DNA from: a bacterium
GTDB taxonomy: Bacteria > Patescibacteriota > Minisyncoccia > Minisyncoccales > GWA2-46-15
Direction of reading: 5' to 3'
NCBI GenBank assembly: GCA_030693425.1
Contig: JAUYAM010000002.1
Coordinates: 384,632-448,631, forward strand
Length of the DNA stretch: 64,000 nucleotides
Part shown: positions 1 to 10,044 of the stretch, one piece after another
Position numbering within the stretch: the first letter of the stretch is position 1
Layout: each line of letters starts with the position of its first letter
Made by a program: the position numbers and the translations under genes
Notes under the pieces: generated by a model
What the model was told of the DNA's origin: nothing
Database searches by the model: none
What the model saw: the letters and a program-made list of their open reading frames with translations, nothing else

Positions 1-1
1 T

Positions 2-1051
2 GTTATCGCTTGGATTATCGGTACTTATTTCTTCCCCATATTCCCTGCCTACCCCTTTCTTCTCCCCAAGGGACCTAAAGGATCTGGTAAGACGCAATTT
101 CTCAACCTCCTGGAGCAACTTTGCTTTAATGCGATAAAGGCACGCCCAAGTTTACCCGCTCTTGGTGATACAGTTGATTCGCTTCGGGGGACCTATCTGA
201 TTGACCAGGCAGACTCTTTATGGCGGGAGAAAAACGAGGACCTTCTTGATATTCTTGCCGATTCATATAAGCGCAAGGGAGGCAAAAGAAGAATAATGAG
301 TCCCGACAAAAATAAGCGTGAGGTGTTGGAGTTTGAAACATATGGCCCGAAAGCCCTTGCGGCTATCCGGGAACTCCCAGAAGATTTACGAGACAGATTT
401 CTAACTATTCCTCTTATAAGAAGTGCTCAGAATTTTCCCGACCCGGATAATGAAGATGAGAATTGGAAAGAGATACGAGGCGGGATCTATAAGTTCCTTA
501 TTGAAAACCATCTATTAGCTTCCTCTACATGTTCAGTTTTAAAGACACAATACAAACTTAATCCAGAGGTGTTTGGTAGAACGCTGGAGTTATGGCTTCC
601 CCTAGAGACAATGCTGAAGTGCCTTGAGGCAGGAGAAGAAGAGGTAAAAGAGGCAAGGAGACGTTTTCTTTCGCAGTATCAATTTTCTGAATACGAACCA
701 TCAGAGTTTGAAAGAGAAGTAATAAAAGGGATTCTAAGTCGATTTCAAGATGGGGATACAGAAACAATACTTTCTCCAAAAAAAATTGGTGAGAATATGG
801 ACCCGGATGTTTTCCAATTTGGTGAACTCCCAATACGAAGAGCCGTAAAAGTAGGATGGGCTCTCAAGAATTTTAATCTCTTTTCGGAGAAGAGACCAAG
901 AACAAAAGAAGGGGTTCATTATCTTTTCGAGAAAAAAAGGGTTGAAAATATCTACAAGCGCTATTTTGCAGCAGAACCTACACTTCTTACACCAAGCGAG
1001 AAAAATAACTCAAATAGAGAGGAAGTGGAGGGTGTAGAAAATATAGTGTAA
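2..1051 (+). CDS. P-loop NTPase of the element (DUF3631/primase-helicase-associated type), 5' end cut by window edge
   Basis: Frame 2 is open from nt 2 with no stop. Walker A GPKGSGKT at 71-94; Walker B-like YLIDQAD. The ORF track only shows the part from Met at 296. Confidence 0.55.
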   Translation, partial: VIAWIIGTYFFPIFPAYPFLLPKGPKGSGKTQFLNLLEQLCFNAIKARPSLPALGDTVDSLRGTYLIDQADSLWREKNEDLLDILADSYKRKGGKRRIMSPDKNKREVLEFETYGPKALAAIRELPEDLRDRFLTIPLIRSAQNFPDPDNEDENWKEIRGGIYKFLIENHLLASSTCSVLKTQYKLNPEVFGRTLELWLPLETMLKCLEAGEEEVKEARRRFLSQYQFSEYEPSEFEREVIKGILSRFQDGDTETILSPKKIGENMDPDVFQFGELPIRRAVKVGWALKNFNLFSEKRPRTKEGVHYLFEKKRVENIYKRYFAAEPTLLTPSEKNNSNREEVEGVENIV

Positions 1052-1183
1052 GAGATTGGCAGTGTAGGATTTCTTACACCAGAAAACTCTTACACTCAAA
1101 ACCTACACTCCGTATTTAAACGGGAAAATAACGATAATGTAGAAGATGTAGTAGAGTTGTTTATAAACCAAGCCCTAAAGATC

Positions 1184-1852
1184 ATGTCCGAAATATCACA
1201 AAAACAATTAGAAGTTGGCAAGAAAAACTCAATACAAAATAAGTACACGCCTGAAGAGGCTAAGAACATGATCTTGAGTATGGCCCACGCGGAAGGAGAT
1301 TTGCATTATATGCTTCAAGAGTTAGGTAGTGATACTTTACCAAAGTTCCTTCACGGAAATGAAAAAGAGCAAAAAGAAGCAAGAGAAGTATTAAGTACAA
1401 AGGCCTTGGAGATAATGAGAGCGCTAGAGAATGATACTCACGTAGTTCTTATGGAGTCATTTAATCATGAATATCGGGGTTTGGCGAAAGAATTCAGCAC
1501 CAACTTAATAAAGGATTACAATTGCAATACGTACGCCGAAAAAGCACTGGCTGGAATTATTACCAATGCTTACATCAGAATTCTTGATAACTCACGGAGG
1601 TTAAATAATGATATAGGCGGTCCTGGCCTGCCGATCAATGACATCAAAACTAGGTATGTCGCCATGATAAGTAAGCAAATTGACCGAGCCAGCAGACAAT
1701 TTATTACAGCCTTAACAGTCCTTAATCAGATGAAGACCCCGCTTATTGAGGTAAACATTAAAGCCAAAACAGCATTCGTGTCTCAAAATCAGCAAGTCAA
1801 TCTGACTAATAATCAGGATATAAACCAAAATGAAAACGTTGAACCCAAATGA
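1184..1852 (+). CDS. Hypothetical protein of the integrated element
   Basis: Long ORF (track start 1157 is TTG; first ATG at 1184); no recognisable motif. Confidence 0.45.
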   Translation: MSEISQKQLEVGKKNSIQNKYTPEEAKNMILSMAHAEGDLHYMLQELGSDTLPKFLHGNEKEQKEAREVLSTKALEIMRALENDTHVVLMESFNHEYRGLAKEFSTNLIKDYNCNTYAEKALAGIITNAYIRILDNSRRLNNDIGGPGLPINDIKTRYVAMISKQIDRASRQFITALTVLNQMKTPLIEVNIKAKTAFVSQNQQVNLTNNQDINQNENVEPK

Positions 1853-2171
1853 TTTAGGAAAAAAATACTTGGTTGAAGAATGCCGGAGAATACGAATAGA
1901 AGATTTTTTGAAAGTCTATCGTAATAAATTGAAGGAGCTAATTTTGATTTCGGAATTAGAAATATCAGGAATAGAAACAGAATTAACTACTTCTAAAACT
2001 TGTTATAACGGCATTAGATTCTGGTTTAAGTGTCCTTTGTGCGGTAAACGATCGGGGGTTTTGCACGTTCATCCATTAACCAAGAATGTCGGGTGTCGAA
2101 AATGTTTGAATCTAGAATATAGAAAAAGAAGATATAAAGGAATGGTTGAAGGAAAATTGCTTGACTATTAG
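1830..2171 (+). CDS. Small zinc-ribbon protein (CxxC...CxxC), possible accessory factor of the recombinase
   Basis: CPLCGKRSG...VGCRKC four-cysteine motif; overlaps the upstream ORF end. Confidence 0.45.
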   Translation: MKTLNPNDLGKKYLVEECRRIRIEDFLKVYRNKLKELILISELEISGIETELTTSKTCYNGIRFWFKCPLCGKRSGVLHVHPLTKNVGCRKCLNLEYRKRRYKGMVEGKLLDY

Positions 2172-2191
2172 ATTTGGTTTATAATAAGGGT

Positions 2192-2313
2192 GTTGCCTAT
2201 ATTACAATGAAACCCGAAGTTTTTTATTGCTTCGTTGCCTTTAAGGGGCGGCTATTCTAATGAAGCAATCCTTCGGGAAAGTGTAATTAGGCAACGGTAG
2301 CCGTCCCTTTAAG
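2192..2313 (+). promoter_or_regulatory. Nested inverted repeats with pseudoknot potential immediately upstream of the serine recombinase start
   Basis: Stems 2192-2206/2282-2295 (14 bp, 1 bulge), 2213-2219/2271-2277 (7 bp), 2226-2233/2262-2269 (8 bp). Loop 2239-2254 is complementary to 2298-2313. Confidence 0.45.
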
Positions 2314-2318
2314 TTTTT

Positions 2319-3932
2319 ATGAAACAAGAAACCAACAAAATTAAATACTTTCTTTACGCCAGAAAGTCATCAGAGAGCGAAGATCGACAGGTGCAGTCCA
2401 TTGATGATCAGACAGACCGGCTAAAAAGATTAGCTCAAGATTTGGGTTTAAATATTAAGAAAATTTACATTGAGGCGAAGTCGGCAAAAAAACCAAACAA
2501 TCGTCCAATTTTTGATGAAATGATACAAAGGATTGAGAACGGCGAAGCCGAAGGTATTTTATGCTGGCAGATAAATCGCCTTTCTCGCAACCCTATTGAT
2601 AGCGGAAAACTTCAATGGCTGTTACAACAAGGCACATTAAAATCGCTTCAAACGATAGATAGACAATATCTTCCCGACGATAACGTTTTACTTTTTAGCG
2701 TAGAAAGCGGATCAGCAAATCAGTTTGTCTTGGATTTAAGCAAAAACACCAAACGAGGAATGTTGAGAAAATTGGAAAGTGGGTGGCAAACAGGAATAGC
2801 GCCGCTCGGCTATCTCAACGACAAGGAAAATAAAATTATCATCAAAGATCCGGAGCGTTTCAATCTTGTCCGCAAAATGTGGGACTTAATGCTTACCGGC
2901 AACTACACTGCTCCCAAAATTTTGGATATTGCCAACAATGATTGGGGTTTTAGGACAAGGAAGTTCAAACGGATCGGCGACTGTCCACTTTCACGAAGTG
3001 GGATTTATAAAATCTTTACGAGCTTATTTTATATCGGAATTATAGAAAATGCTGGGGTTCAATATGAAGGCAAGCACGATAAAATGATCACACTTGAAGA
3101 ATATGACCGAGTACAAATGCTTCTTGGCAGAAAGGGCAAACCAAGACCCAAACATCACGAGTTTGCTTTTACCGGTTCAATTCGTTGTGGCGTGTGCGGT
3201 TGTCTTTATACAGCCGAGACAAAGAAAAAGTTCATAAAAGAAACTGGTGAAATAAAAGAATACACCTATTATCATTGCACAAGGAAAACAACAAAAATTA
3301 AGTGCGATCAAAGAAAAAGTATTTCGGTTGATGATTTGGAGTTATCTATTGAGAAAGAAATAGAAAAATACACTATTTTGCCGGAATTTTTACAATGGGC
3401 GCTAGAAGGTTTGAACAAAAAAAATGACACCGAGATTGAAGACAGATCAAAGATTTATGAAATGCAACACAAAACCTTAACGGAAACACAAAAGGAGCTG
3501 GATGAGCTTACCAAAATGAGATACCGCCAGCTTATTGACGACGAAACTTTTATTAAAGAAAAAAACACACTTCAAAGTAGAATCTCCCAGCTTAAAGAAA
3601 ACTTGCGAGAAACAGAGACACGGGCCGATAAATGGTTGGAGCTTACTGAAAAAACTTTTAACTTTGCTACTTACGCCCGTAAAGCATTCATAACAGCCAA
3701 AGGAAAAGAAGGGTTAGAACTGAAGAAAGAAATCTTATTGGCATTAGGAAAAACGCCGATAATGAACGGCGGAAAGCTCCTTATTGAAGCAAATGAGTGG
3801 TTCGTACCTACTAATAATGATTATCCTGCGTTGGAAAAGGAATACATAGGGTTAGAACTGAACAAAATGCCCTTAAATAAAGCAAAAACAGAAGCTCTCG
3901 CCTCTGTTCGTGCACGTTGGCTCCGCAGGTAG
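2319..3932 (+). CDS. Large serine recombinase (resolvase domain + recombinase domain + zinc ribbon + coiled coil)
   Basis: N-terminal YARKSSESEDRQ..SIDDQ catalytic-Ser region, INRLSRN, CGVCG...YYHC zinc ribbon, C-terminal coiled-coil-like region; 537 aa. Confidence 0.9.
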   Translation: MKQETNKIKYFLYARKSSESEDRQVQSIDDQTDRLKRLAQDLGLNIKKIYIEAKSAKKPNNRPIFDEMIQRIENGEAEGILCWQINRLSRNPIDSGKLQWLLQQGTLKSLQTIDRQYLPDDNVLLFSVESGSANQFVLDLSKNTKRGMLRKLESGWQTGIAPLGYLNDKENKIIIKDPERFNLVRKMWDLMLTGNYTAPKILDIANNDWGFRTRKFKRIGDCPLSRSGIYKIFTSLFYIGIIENAGVQYEGKHDKMITLEEYDRVQMLLGRKGKPRPKHHEFAFTGSIRCGVCGCLYTAETKKKFIKETGEIKEYTYYHCTRKTTKIKCDQRKSISVDDLELSIEKEIEKYTILPEFLQWALEGLNKKNDTEIEDRSKIYEMQHKTLTETQKELDELTKMRYRQLIDDETFIKEKNTLQSRISQLKENLRETETRADKWLELTEKTFNFATYARKAFITAKGKEGLELKKEILLALGKTPIMNGGKLLIEANEWFVPTNNDYPALEKEYIGLELNKMPLNKAKTEALASVRARWLRR

Positions 3933-3992
3933 GATTCGAACCTACAACCCACTCCTTAACAGGGAGTCGCTCTACCGTTGAGCTACTGCGGA
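3918..3992 (-). tRNA. tRNA-Asn (anticodon GTT), CCA encoded
   Basis: Hand-folded cloverleaf: acceptor TCCGCAG/CTGCGGA, anticodon loop CTGTTAA, T-arm GTAGG-TTCGAAT-CCTAC. Confidence 0.9.
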
Positions 3993-4109
3993 ATGTTGTT
4001 AATTCTCAAAAGAACTTTCCATCTCTTTTATACAGTAATCCAAATCAGCGGTTTTGAAAAGCCCTGCTCAATACTAAATACCAGATACCAAATACTAAAT
4101 ACTTATAAA

Positions 4110-5312
4110 TCAGTAGCCTTTGAGCCTTTTTAAATTGCGGTGCTCCCGGATTCTTTCTAAGGATTTGGCTTCAATCTGGCGGATCCTCTCTCTGGTGACT
4201 CCAAATTCCTTGCCGATCTCTTCAAGCGTGTGATTGACCCCGTCTTTTAGGCCAAACCTCATCGCCAGGATCTTTTGCTCTCTCGGAGTCAGATCAACTA
4301 AAATGCTTTCCAGCCTTTCCCTTAATAAGGTTCTGGCCGCCATAATGTTGGGCGGGATTTCCTTTTGATCCTCGATGAACTCCGCCAAAATGCTGTCTTC
4401 ATCATCCTCGCCGACCGGAGTCTCCAGGGAAATCGTGTCCTGAGAAATCTTCATCAAATGATAGACTTTTCCCAAAGGAATGCCCATCTCGGCAGAAATC
4501 TCTTCTGCGATCGGCTCCCTGCCCAAGTCTTGAAGAAGCCTCTTTTTCGCCTTGGCGTACTTGGAAATAGTTTCGACCATGTGAACCGGAATCCTGATGG
4601 TTCTGGCCTGGTCGGCCAAGGCCCGGGTGATTGCCTGCCTGATCCACCAGGTGGCATAGGTCGAGAACTTATAGCCCTTTCTCCAGTCAAACTTCTCAAC
4701 TGCTCGGAATAACCCGAGATTGCCTTCCTGAATTAGATCGAGAAAAGTCAGATTCGGAGACCGGCCGATGTACTTTTTGGCGATGGAAACTACCAGCCTT
4801 AAATTAGCCTGGGCCAGCCTTTTTTTTGCTTCCTCGTCCCCTTTTTCGATCCTTTTGGCCAGTTCCTTTTCCTCGTCGGGAGTCAAGAAAGAAACTCTGC
4901 CGATCTCTTTCAGGTAAAGCTGGATCGGATCGGGCTTGGCCTCAAAAACCCTTTTTGTTTTGTCTTTGACTTTTCCCAGATCCAGAAACTCCTGGGATTC
5001 TTTCAAATCCAGGCCCTGGTCCTGAAGAGCCTGATAAAAAGCTTCCAGCCCCTTAACGTCCATTTCCACCCGGGGAAAGTAATGGAGGATCTCGTCATAA
5101 GTGACAAAGCCCCTTTCCTTGCCTTTGTTCAGAAGCTCGGAGACTTTCTCTTTGATAAAAACCTTGGCCGGCCGGCCGAGCCCGACCGCTTTTATTATTT
5201 TGGCCTTCCGCCTTTTTACCTTGGACAAGCGCTTTTTGGGCCCTTTCCTAGCTTTTTCAAAACGTTTTGGCTTTTTCTTGGCCATAATGGCCCGGCGATG
5301 TTTCTTTCTCAT
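4110..5312 (-). CDS. rpoD: RNA polymerase primary sigma factor (sigma-70 family)
   Basis: Region 2 [25 protein letters not shown] and region 4.2 [20 protein letters not shown]. Confidence 0.95.
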   Translation of the reverse strand: MRKKHRRAIMAKKKPKRFEKARKGPKKRLSKVKRRKAKIIKAVGLGRPAKVFIKEKVSELLNKGKERGFVTYDEILHYFPRVEMDVKGLEAFYQALQDQGLDLKESQEFLDLGKVKDKTKRVFEAKPDPIQLYLKEIGRVSFLTPDEEKELAKRIEKGDEEAKKRLAQANLRLVVSIAKKYIGRSPNLTFLDLIQEGNLGLFRAVEKFDWRKGYKFSTYATWWIRQAITRALADQARTIRIPVHMVETISKYAKAKKRLLQDLGREPIAEEISAEMGIPLGKVYHLMKISQDTISLETPVGEDDEDSILAEFIEDQKEIPPNIMAARTLLRERLESILVDLTPREQKILAMRFGLKDGVNHTLEEIGKEFGVTRERIRQIEAKSLERIREHRNLKRLKGY

Positions 5313-5322
5313 GTTTTGGGGT

Positions 5323-7083
5323 TTAAATCTCTGAAAGCTTTTTTGTTATTTGATGGAATTCCTTGACCAAAGAGCTGATTTTTTTGGCGTCTTTTTCGCT
5401 TTCGGCCGCCTTCAGCTCTTGGGAAAGCTTTTCCAGCTTTGATTTGATTTCCATGCTCTTAATCTCCCGCAAACAATCCTTAAAATCAATGCCCTGGTCC
5501 TTTTCGGAAATCTCCTCAAGCATCTCCGTCTTCAAAAAAAGATAATTCGCCTTATCCGAATCTTTTTGGTCGAGCTTTTTCATGGCCGCTTCATTATCCT
5601 CTGCTTCTTGGAAAACAGAGACGATCCTCCGGCAGTCTTCCGTCAAAAACTCAAGGTCCTCAACCGAAAGCTTGTCGCAGCTCTTCCGGCTCTTCATAAA
5701 AAGGGTGATCAGCCTCTCTTCGAGCAAGTCTCTCCTTGTCCTCTGGGGCAGGTTGATGATTTCTTCCGGCTCCAATCCCAGGACGTCTTCTTCGAGCCTT
5801 ACCTTGGCCATTTCCTCGGCCAAATCCTCTTCTCTGGCATTAATCTCTTTTGCCAGCCTCTGCAGCCAGAAAGTCTGCTCAATCTTATTGGGGATTTTCT
5901 TGATCACCGGCAGGATAATCCGGGAAATCTCTTTTTTGCCCTCGACCTTGCTCTTGTCGAACTTGGCTAAAGTGCTGTCAAAATAGAACTCAAGAATTGA
6001 TTTGGCTTCTTGAATCGCCTTTTCCCAGGCCTGAGGGATTTTAGCGATCAACTCGGCCGGATCTTTGCCTTCCGGCAGAACAATGACCTTAATATTGAAG
6101 CCTTGCGACAAAGCCAGGTCAATGCCCCTTTTGGTGGCCGAGTCGCCGGCGATGTCCATATCAAAAGAGATGTGAAGATTTTCAGTATATCTCCTCAAGA
6201 TCTTTAACTGCCAAGGGGTCAGGGCCGTGCCCGAAGAGGCCACGACATTGATAATTCCTGTCTGATGGGAAAGAATGGCGTCGGTGTAGCCCTCGACCAA
6301 GATGCAAAAGTCTTTCTTGCGAACCTCGACTTTGCCCTTGTCTAAGCCGTAAAGAGTGCGGCTCTTATCATAAAGCAGAGTGGCCGGAGTGTTGATGTAC
6401 TTGGCAATCTCCTTTTCGTCTTTCTTGGCAAAAACCCGGCCGCCAAAGCCGATCACCTGGGAATTAATGTCAAAAATGGGGAACATAATCCGGCCGCGAA
6501 AACGGTCGTAAAAACCGCCTGCATCTTTTTTGATCGCCAAACCCGCGTTTTCTATCTCTGGTTGTCCGTAACCGCGGCTGGCCAAAAAATCAATCAAACC
6601 CTGCCAGACATCAGGGCTGTAGCCCAAACGCCATTTCTTAATTGACTCTTCGGAAATGCTCCGGCCCAAAAGATATTTTCTCGCTTCAGCGCCAATGGTC
6701 TTGCCTTCTAATTGTTTTTCAAAAAACTGGCAGGCCAGTTCCAGAATCTCGTAAAGCCGGACTCTTGCCGTGGCCAATTCTTTTGACTCGGGATGAAATG
6801 GCTTTAATTCTACGCCCGCTTTTTGGGCAAGCAGACGCAAAGCGTCGCCGAATTCTATACCCTCTATTTTCATTACAAAATCAAAGATAGTGGTGCCAGA
6901 ACCGCATCCAAAACAATGCCAGATTTGACGGGCCGGAGAAACGAAAAACGACGGCGTTTTCTCGCTATGAAAAGGGCAGACCGCCCGCCAGTTCGCTCCT
7001 GTTTTTTGCAGCTTGATGTAGCTGGAAATCACCTCAACCACGTCCAGCCGCGATTTAATATCATCAATAGGAGAAGAAATCAT
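5323..7083 (-). CDS. dnaG: DNA primase
   Basis: CHC2 zinc finger [11 protein letters not shown]...HCFGCG; [16 protein letters not shown]...DMDIAGDSA. Confidence 0.95.
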   Translation of the reverse strand: MISSPIDDIKSRLDVVEVISSYIKLQKTGANWRAVCPFHSEKTPSFFVSPARQIWHCFGCGSGTTIFDFVMKIEGIEFGDALRLLAQKAGVELKPFHPESKELATARVRLYEILELACQFFEKQLEGKTIGAEARKYLLGRSISEESIKKWRLGYSPDVWQGLIDFLASRGYGQPEIENAGLAIKKDAGGFYDRFRGRIMFPIFDINSQVIGFGGRVFAKKDEKEIAKYINTPATLLYDKSRTLYGLDKGKVEVRKKDFCILVEGYTDAILSHQTGIINVVASSGTALTPWQLKILRRYTENLHISFDMDIAGDSATKRGIDLALSQGFNIKVIVLPEGKDPAELIAKIPQAWEKAIQEAKSILEFYFDSTLAKFDKSKVEGKKEISRIILPVIKKIPNKIEQTFWLQRLAKEINAREEDLAEEMAKVRLEEDVLGLEPEEIINLPQRTRRDLLEERLITLFMKSRKSCDKLSVEDLEFLTEDCRRIVSVFQEAEDNEAAMKKLDQKDSDKANYLFLKTEMLEEISEKDQGIDFKDCLREIKSMEIKSKLEKLSQELKAAESEKDAKKISSLVKEFHQITKKLSEI

Positions 7084-7086
7084 TTT

Positions 7087-7569
7087 TTACAACTTATAAC
7101 CAAATTTTCTTAATAAGGATTTGCGGTTTTCTTTTTCTTCGTCGTTTTCCACGCCCAAAGGGGATCCACCGTCTATTACTCCCAAAATCCCATTTCCCTG
7201 CTCGGTTCTAGCCACTATTACTTCAACAGAATTAGCCGTGGCGCAAAAAATGCGGCAAATTTCCGAAACCTGCTTCAAACGGTTGAGAACGTTCACCGGA
7301 TAGACATTTTTAAGAAAAATCAAAAGTGAATGGCCGGCTCCCAGGTTTTTGGCGTTTTCCACCGCCAAATCAATCATTTCCTGGTCGGTGCCGGAAAAAC
7401 GGATTTTCCGGTCGCCCGACGACTCGCAAAAGGCCAATCCGAACTTGGCGCCGGGCACCGCCTCTGCCAAAGCCTCGTGAACATCCTCAACCGTCTTTAT
7501 AAAATGCGACTGGGCGAGGATAAAGTTAATTTCTGCCGGTTTTTTAATTTTGACAATTAGAGTTTCCAT
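7087..7569 (-). CDS. Adenosine-specific kinase-like protein (PF04008-type)
   Basis: About 160 aa; QSHFIKTVEDVHEAL..KFGLAFCESSG..GAGH..CATAN pattern recalled for this family. Confidence 0.5.
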   Translation of the reverse strand: METLIVKIKKPAEINFILAQSHFIKTVEDVHEALAEAVPGAKFGLAFCESSGDRKIRFSGTDQEMIDLAVENAKNLGAGHSLLIFLKNVYPVNVLNRLKQVSEICRIFCATANSVEVIVARTEQGNGILGVIDGGSPLGVENDEEKENRKSLLRKFGYKL

Positions 7570-7575
7570 AGTGCC

Positions 7576-8049
7576 TTAATTGTTATTCTTTAAAATTTCG
7601 TCAACTAATTTGATCTCGTCGGGAATGCCTTCAATTAAATCATAATCCTTTATTTTTTTATAAGCCACCCAGGCGTAATCCGCATTTTCGCTGTTAAGCG
7701 CCACTTCTCCGGACTTCCAAGGCGAGTAAAAACTTAAAGTTAGAACCGGAACCTTGTCGGGCCGGATAAACACCAAATCAAGCAAGTAATCAATCTTCCC
7801 CATTTCCACGCCGACTTCTTCCTTAACTTCGCGGCGCAAAGTGTTTTCTAAGGCGCGATACCAGATGCCGTTAGAAGTCGTGGGCGGAGTATGAATATAA
7901 TCATCTGCTTCCAATCCTCCCCCGGGCACGGTCCAGCGGTTAGGCCAAACTTTTTTCTCGGGCGAACGCTTAGTAATCAAAAACTTGCCGTCTTTATGAA
8001 TAATCGCGGTGACGACTACCCGATGAAGCTCAATATTCTGCGTTTCCAT
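7576..8049 (-). CDS. NUDIX hydrolase
   Basis: Nudix-box remnant LRREVKEEVGVE following GGGLE. Confidence 0.75.
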   Translation of the reverse strand: METQNIELHRVVVTAIIHKDGKFLITKRSPEKKVWPNRWTVPGGGLEADDYIHTPPTTSNGIWYRALENTLRREVKEEVGVEMGKIDYLLDLVFIRPDKVPVLTLSFYSPWKSGEVALNSENADYAWVAYKKIKDYDLIEGIPDEIKLVDEILKNNN

Positions 8050-8056
8050 AATATCT

Positions 8057-8533
8057 TTATGAGATAATTTTTTCCGCCGCTTGTTTTAATAATTCTTTAT
8101 CGTTCTCGTAAGCCAGGAGTTTTTGCGCCTCTCTGAAGCCAACCCACCTGGCTTCCTTGGTTTCCCAGCAAAAACCCTCGGCCAGGTCTTCAAGCCACTC
8201 CATCAGAAAATAGCTGACCGTTTTCTCAATCGTCTGGCCGGTTTCGTAATCTTTGAAAAAGAATTTGACTTCGGGCAGCGGCTTGACGATCTTTGCCCTG
8301 ACCCCGCCCTCCTCGGCGGTTTCCCTGAGAGCCGTTTCCTCTGGACTTTCGCCCTGTTCGGGCCAGCCTTTCGGAAAAGACCAGCCAAGGTTGCCTCGGT
8401 AGCCGCGGCTGCCTGTCGGCCGGCGAATCAGCCATAAAACCTCTCCCTCGGCTCGGCCTCGGGATGAAAGCTCGTCGCTTTCACTTCCTATCTTTTTATA
8501 TACGATGCCGCCAGCGGAAAATTCTCTCTTCAT
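8057..8533 (-). CDS. NUDIX hydrolase
   Basis: Canonical Nudix box GWPEQGESPEETALRETAEEGGV. Confidence 0.85.
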   Translation of the reverse strand: MKREFSAGGIVYKKIGSESDELSSRGRAEGEVLWLIRRPTGSRGYRGNLGWSFPKGWPEQGESPEETALRETAEEGGVRAKIVKPLPEVKFFFKDYETGQTIEKTVSYFLMEWLEDLAEGFCWETKEARWVGFREAQKLLAYENDKELLKQAAEKIIS

Positions 8534-9081
8534 GAATTCTCTTTATTTATCACCTCTTGCATCAGGTCGCCGTACTTTTTAGGCTCAATAAGGGCCCCTG
8601 GGGCAATCGAATTCAGCAAGCTCTGACATTCTTTTAAAGCCTCTGTTTTATCGTTATCTTCCCTGTCTGAATGCTCAATCTCAAGAAAAAGCCCAAGCCC
8701 GTCAACATCATCAAGGCAAATCTCAAAATCTTGATACCTATAAATCTCCCTTAGCTTGGAAACGACAAAGGCTTTTTTAAAATCAAGTTTTCCCAGGAAG
8801 TTTAAGCCGGCCTCCAGACTCGAAAGCGGAGAGCTGAATTCTAGGCCAGCCCCTGTCCGTCTGATCTCTTTGAATTCAACCGAAATCTTGTCGTTTCTTT
8901 CTCTGATGCGGGCAACAAAATGACCCTCGATGATTTTATGTTCTTCGTCTAAGTCTTTGGCTCTGCCGAAAATGTGATCGACCTGTTTTTCCGTTTTTAA
9001 AAGCTCTGCCTCCAGGCTTTTAAGCTGTCTTTTTACGGGTTCAAAATCTTGGACTTTGGCCCTTATCTCAACTTCAATCAT
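8530..9081 (-). CDS. CYTH-domain protein (class IV adenylate cyclase / triphosphatase type)
   Basis: N-terminal ExExK motif (MIEVEIRAK); size about 180 aa; 4-nt overlap with the downstream Nudix gene. Confidence 0.7.
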   Translation of the reverse strand: MIEVEIRAKVQDFEPVKRQLKSLEAELLKTEKQVDHIFGRAKDLDEEHKIIEGHFVARIRERNDKISVEFKEIRRTGAGLEFSSPLSSLEAGLNFLGKLDFKKAFVVSKLREIYRYQDFEICLDDVDGLGLFLEIEHSDREDNDKTEALKECQSLLNSIAPGALIEPKKYGDLMQEVINKENS

Positions 9082-9096
9082 AATTCCTATGGATAT

Positions 9097-10032
9097 TTAA
9101 GACTCCGAGGCAAGATTATAAATCAGGCCCCAGGCGATGTTAGCGTTGCTGGGAATAATATAGGAGCTGGGAAAATACTCGGCCATGGTGATGATATTGA
9201 GGAAAGCCTTATCAATGCCCCAGACATAACCTTTCTGAAAAGGAAACCTCTCTCCTCTTTCCCTGTAGTTCAAGGGGGTAATTTTTCTTATAAACTCTCC
9301 CAAGTATTTGGAATAAGTCAGATAAGGATGGGTTTTTGATTCCGGGTTTTCCTCCATCGGAATGCCCATCGCCTTCATTAAATCAATGATATTGGAAGAG
9401 CCGTAAATAAGCGGCAGGTCGCCAATGCCCCTGAGAGGCAAAAGCTGCTCAACTATATAGCAGCGCATTCTTTCAAGATCAGCTTTCGTGGTAAGGCTGG
9501 TTTCCTCGTGAGGATTAGTGGTGAAATTGTCGTGGAGGAATTGGGCTCCGGTTTGGATCAAATGTGCTTTTTTCAGTTCTTTCCTGTTGCCGACCAGAAT
9601 CTGGACCGAGCCGCCGCCCATGTCAACAATGGCATAATCTTTATCTGTCTCAAACCCGCTGATAACGCCCTTGAAAAACAATTTCGCTTCTTCGTCTTGA
9701 GAAATGTTCTCAACTTCAAATCCGGTTTCTTTTAAAATCCTGGCGATAATCTCTTCTTTATTTTTTGCCCGGCGCATCGCGTGAGTGGAGACGACCCTCA
9801 ATCCATCCACCTGATAATCCTTTAGCAACTGCTTGCAGTGAAGCAATTCCTGGATTGTTGCTTCAATATATTTTTCCTGAACCATGCCCTGATGCTCATC
9901 TAATCCCACGCCAAAACAAGTCAGCTCGTTGGAGAAATAAACCTGCCTGAAATCCCCGACGGCCGAAACCGAGGCAATCAGAAACTTTACCTTGAGCGTA
10001 CCAATGTCAATGACGGCGTAATTCTTTTTCAT
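9097..10032 (-). CDS. Ppx/GppA family phosphatase (exopolyphosphatase-like, ASKHA fold)
   Basis: Phosphate-1 AVIDIGTLKVK and phosphate-2 VDMGGGSVQ motifs. Confidence 0.8.
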   Translation of the reverse strand: MKKNYAVIDIGTLKVKFLIASVSAVGDFRQVYFSNELTCFGVGLDEHQGMVQEKYIEATIQELLHCKQLLKDYQVDGLRVVSTHAMRRAKNKEEIIARILKETGFEVENISQDEEAKLFFKGVISGFETDKDYAIVDMGGGSVQILVGNRKELKKAHLIQTGAQFLHDNFTTNPHEETSLTTKADLERMRCYIVEQLLPLRGIGDLPLIYGSSNIIDLMKAMGIPMEENPESKTHPYLTYSKYLGEFIRKITPLNYRERGERFPFQKGYVWGIDKAFLNIITMAEYFPSSYIIPSNANIAWGLIYNLASES

Positions 10033-10044
10033 GATTAAACCAGA

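Larger units (their letters stand above)
1..3932 (+). mobile_element. Right-hand end of an integrated genetic element inserted at the 3' end of tRNA-Asn (left end outside window)
   Basis: Plus-strand gene block (P-loop NTPase, two small ORFs, large serine recombinase) opposite to the next 43 kb; recombinase ORF ends 15 nt inside tRNA-Asn. Confidence 0.6.
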
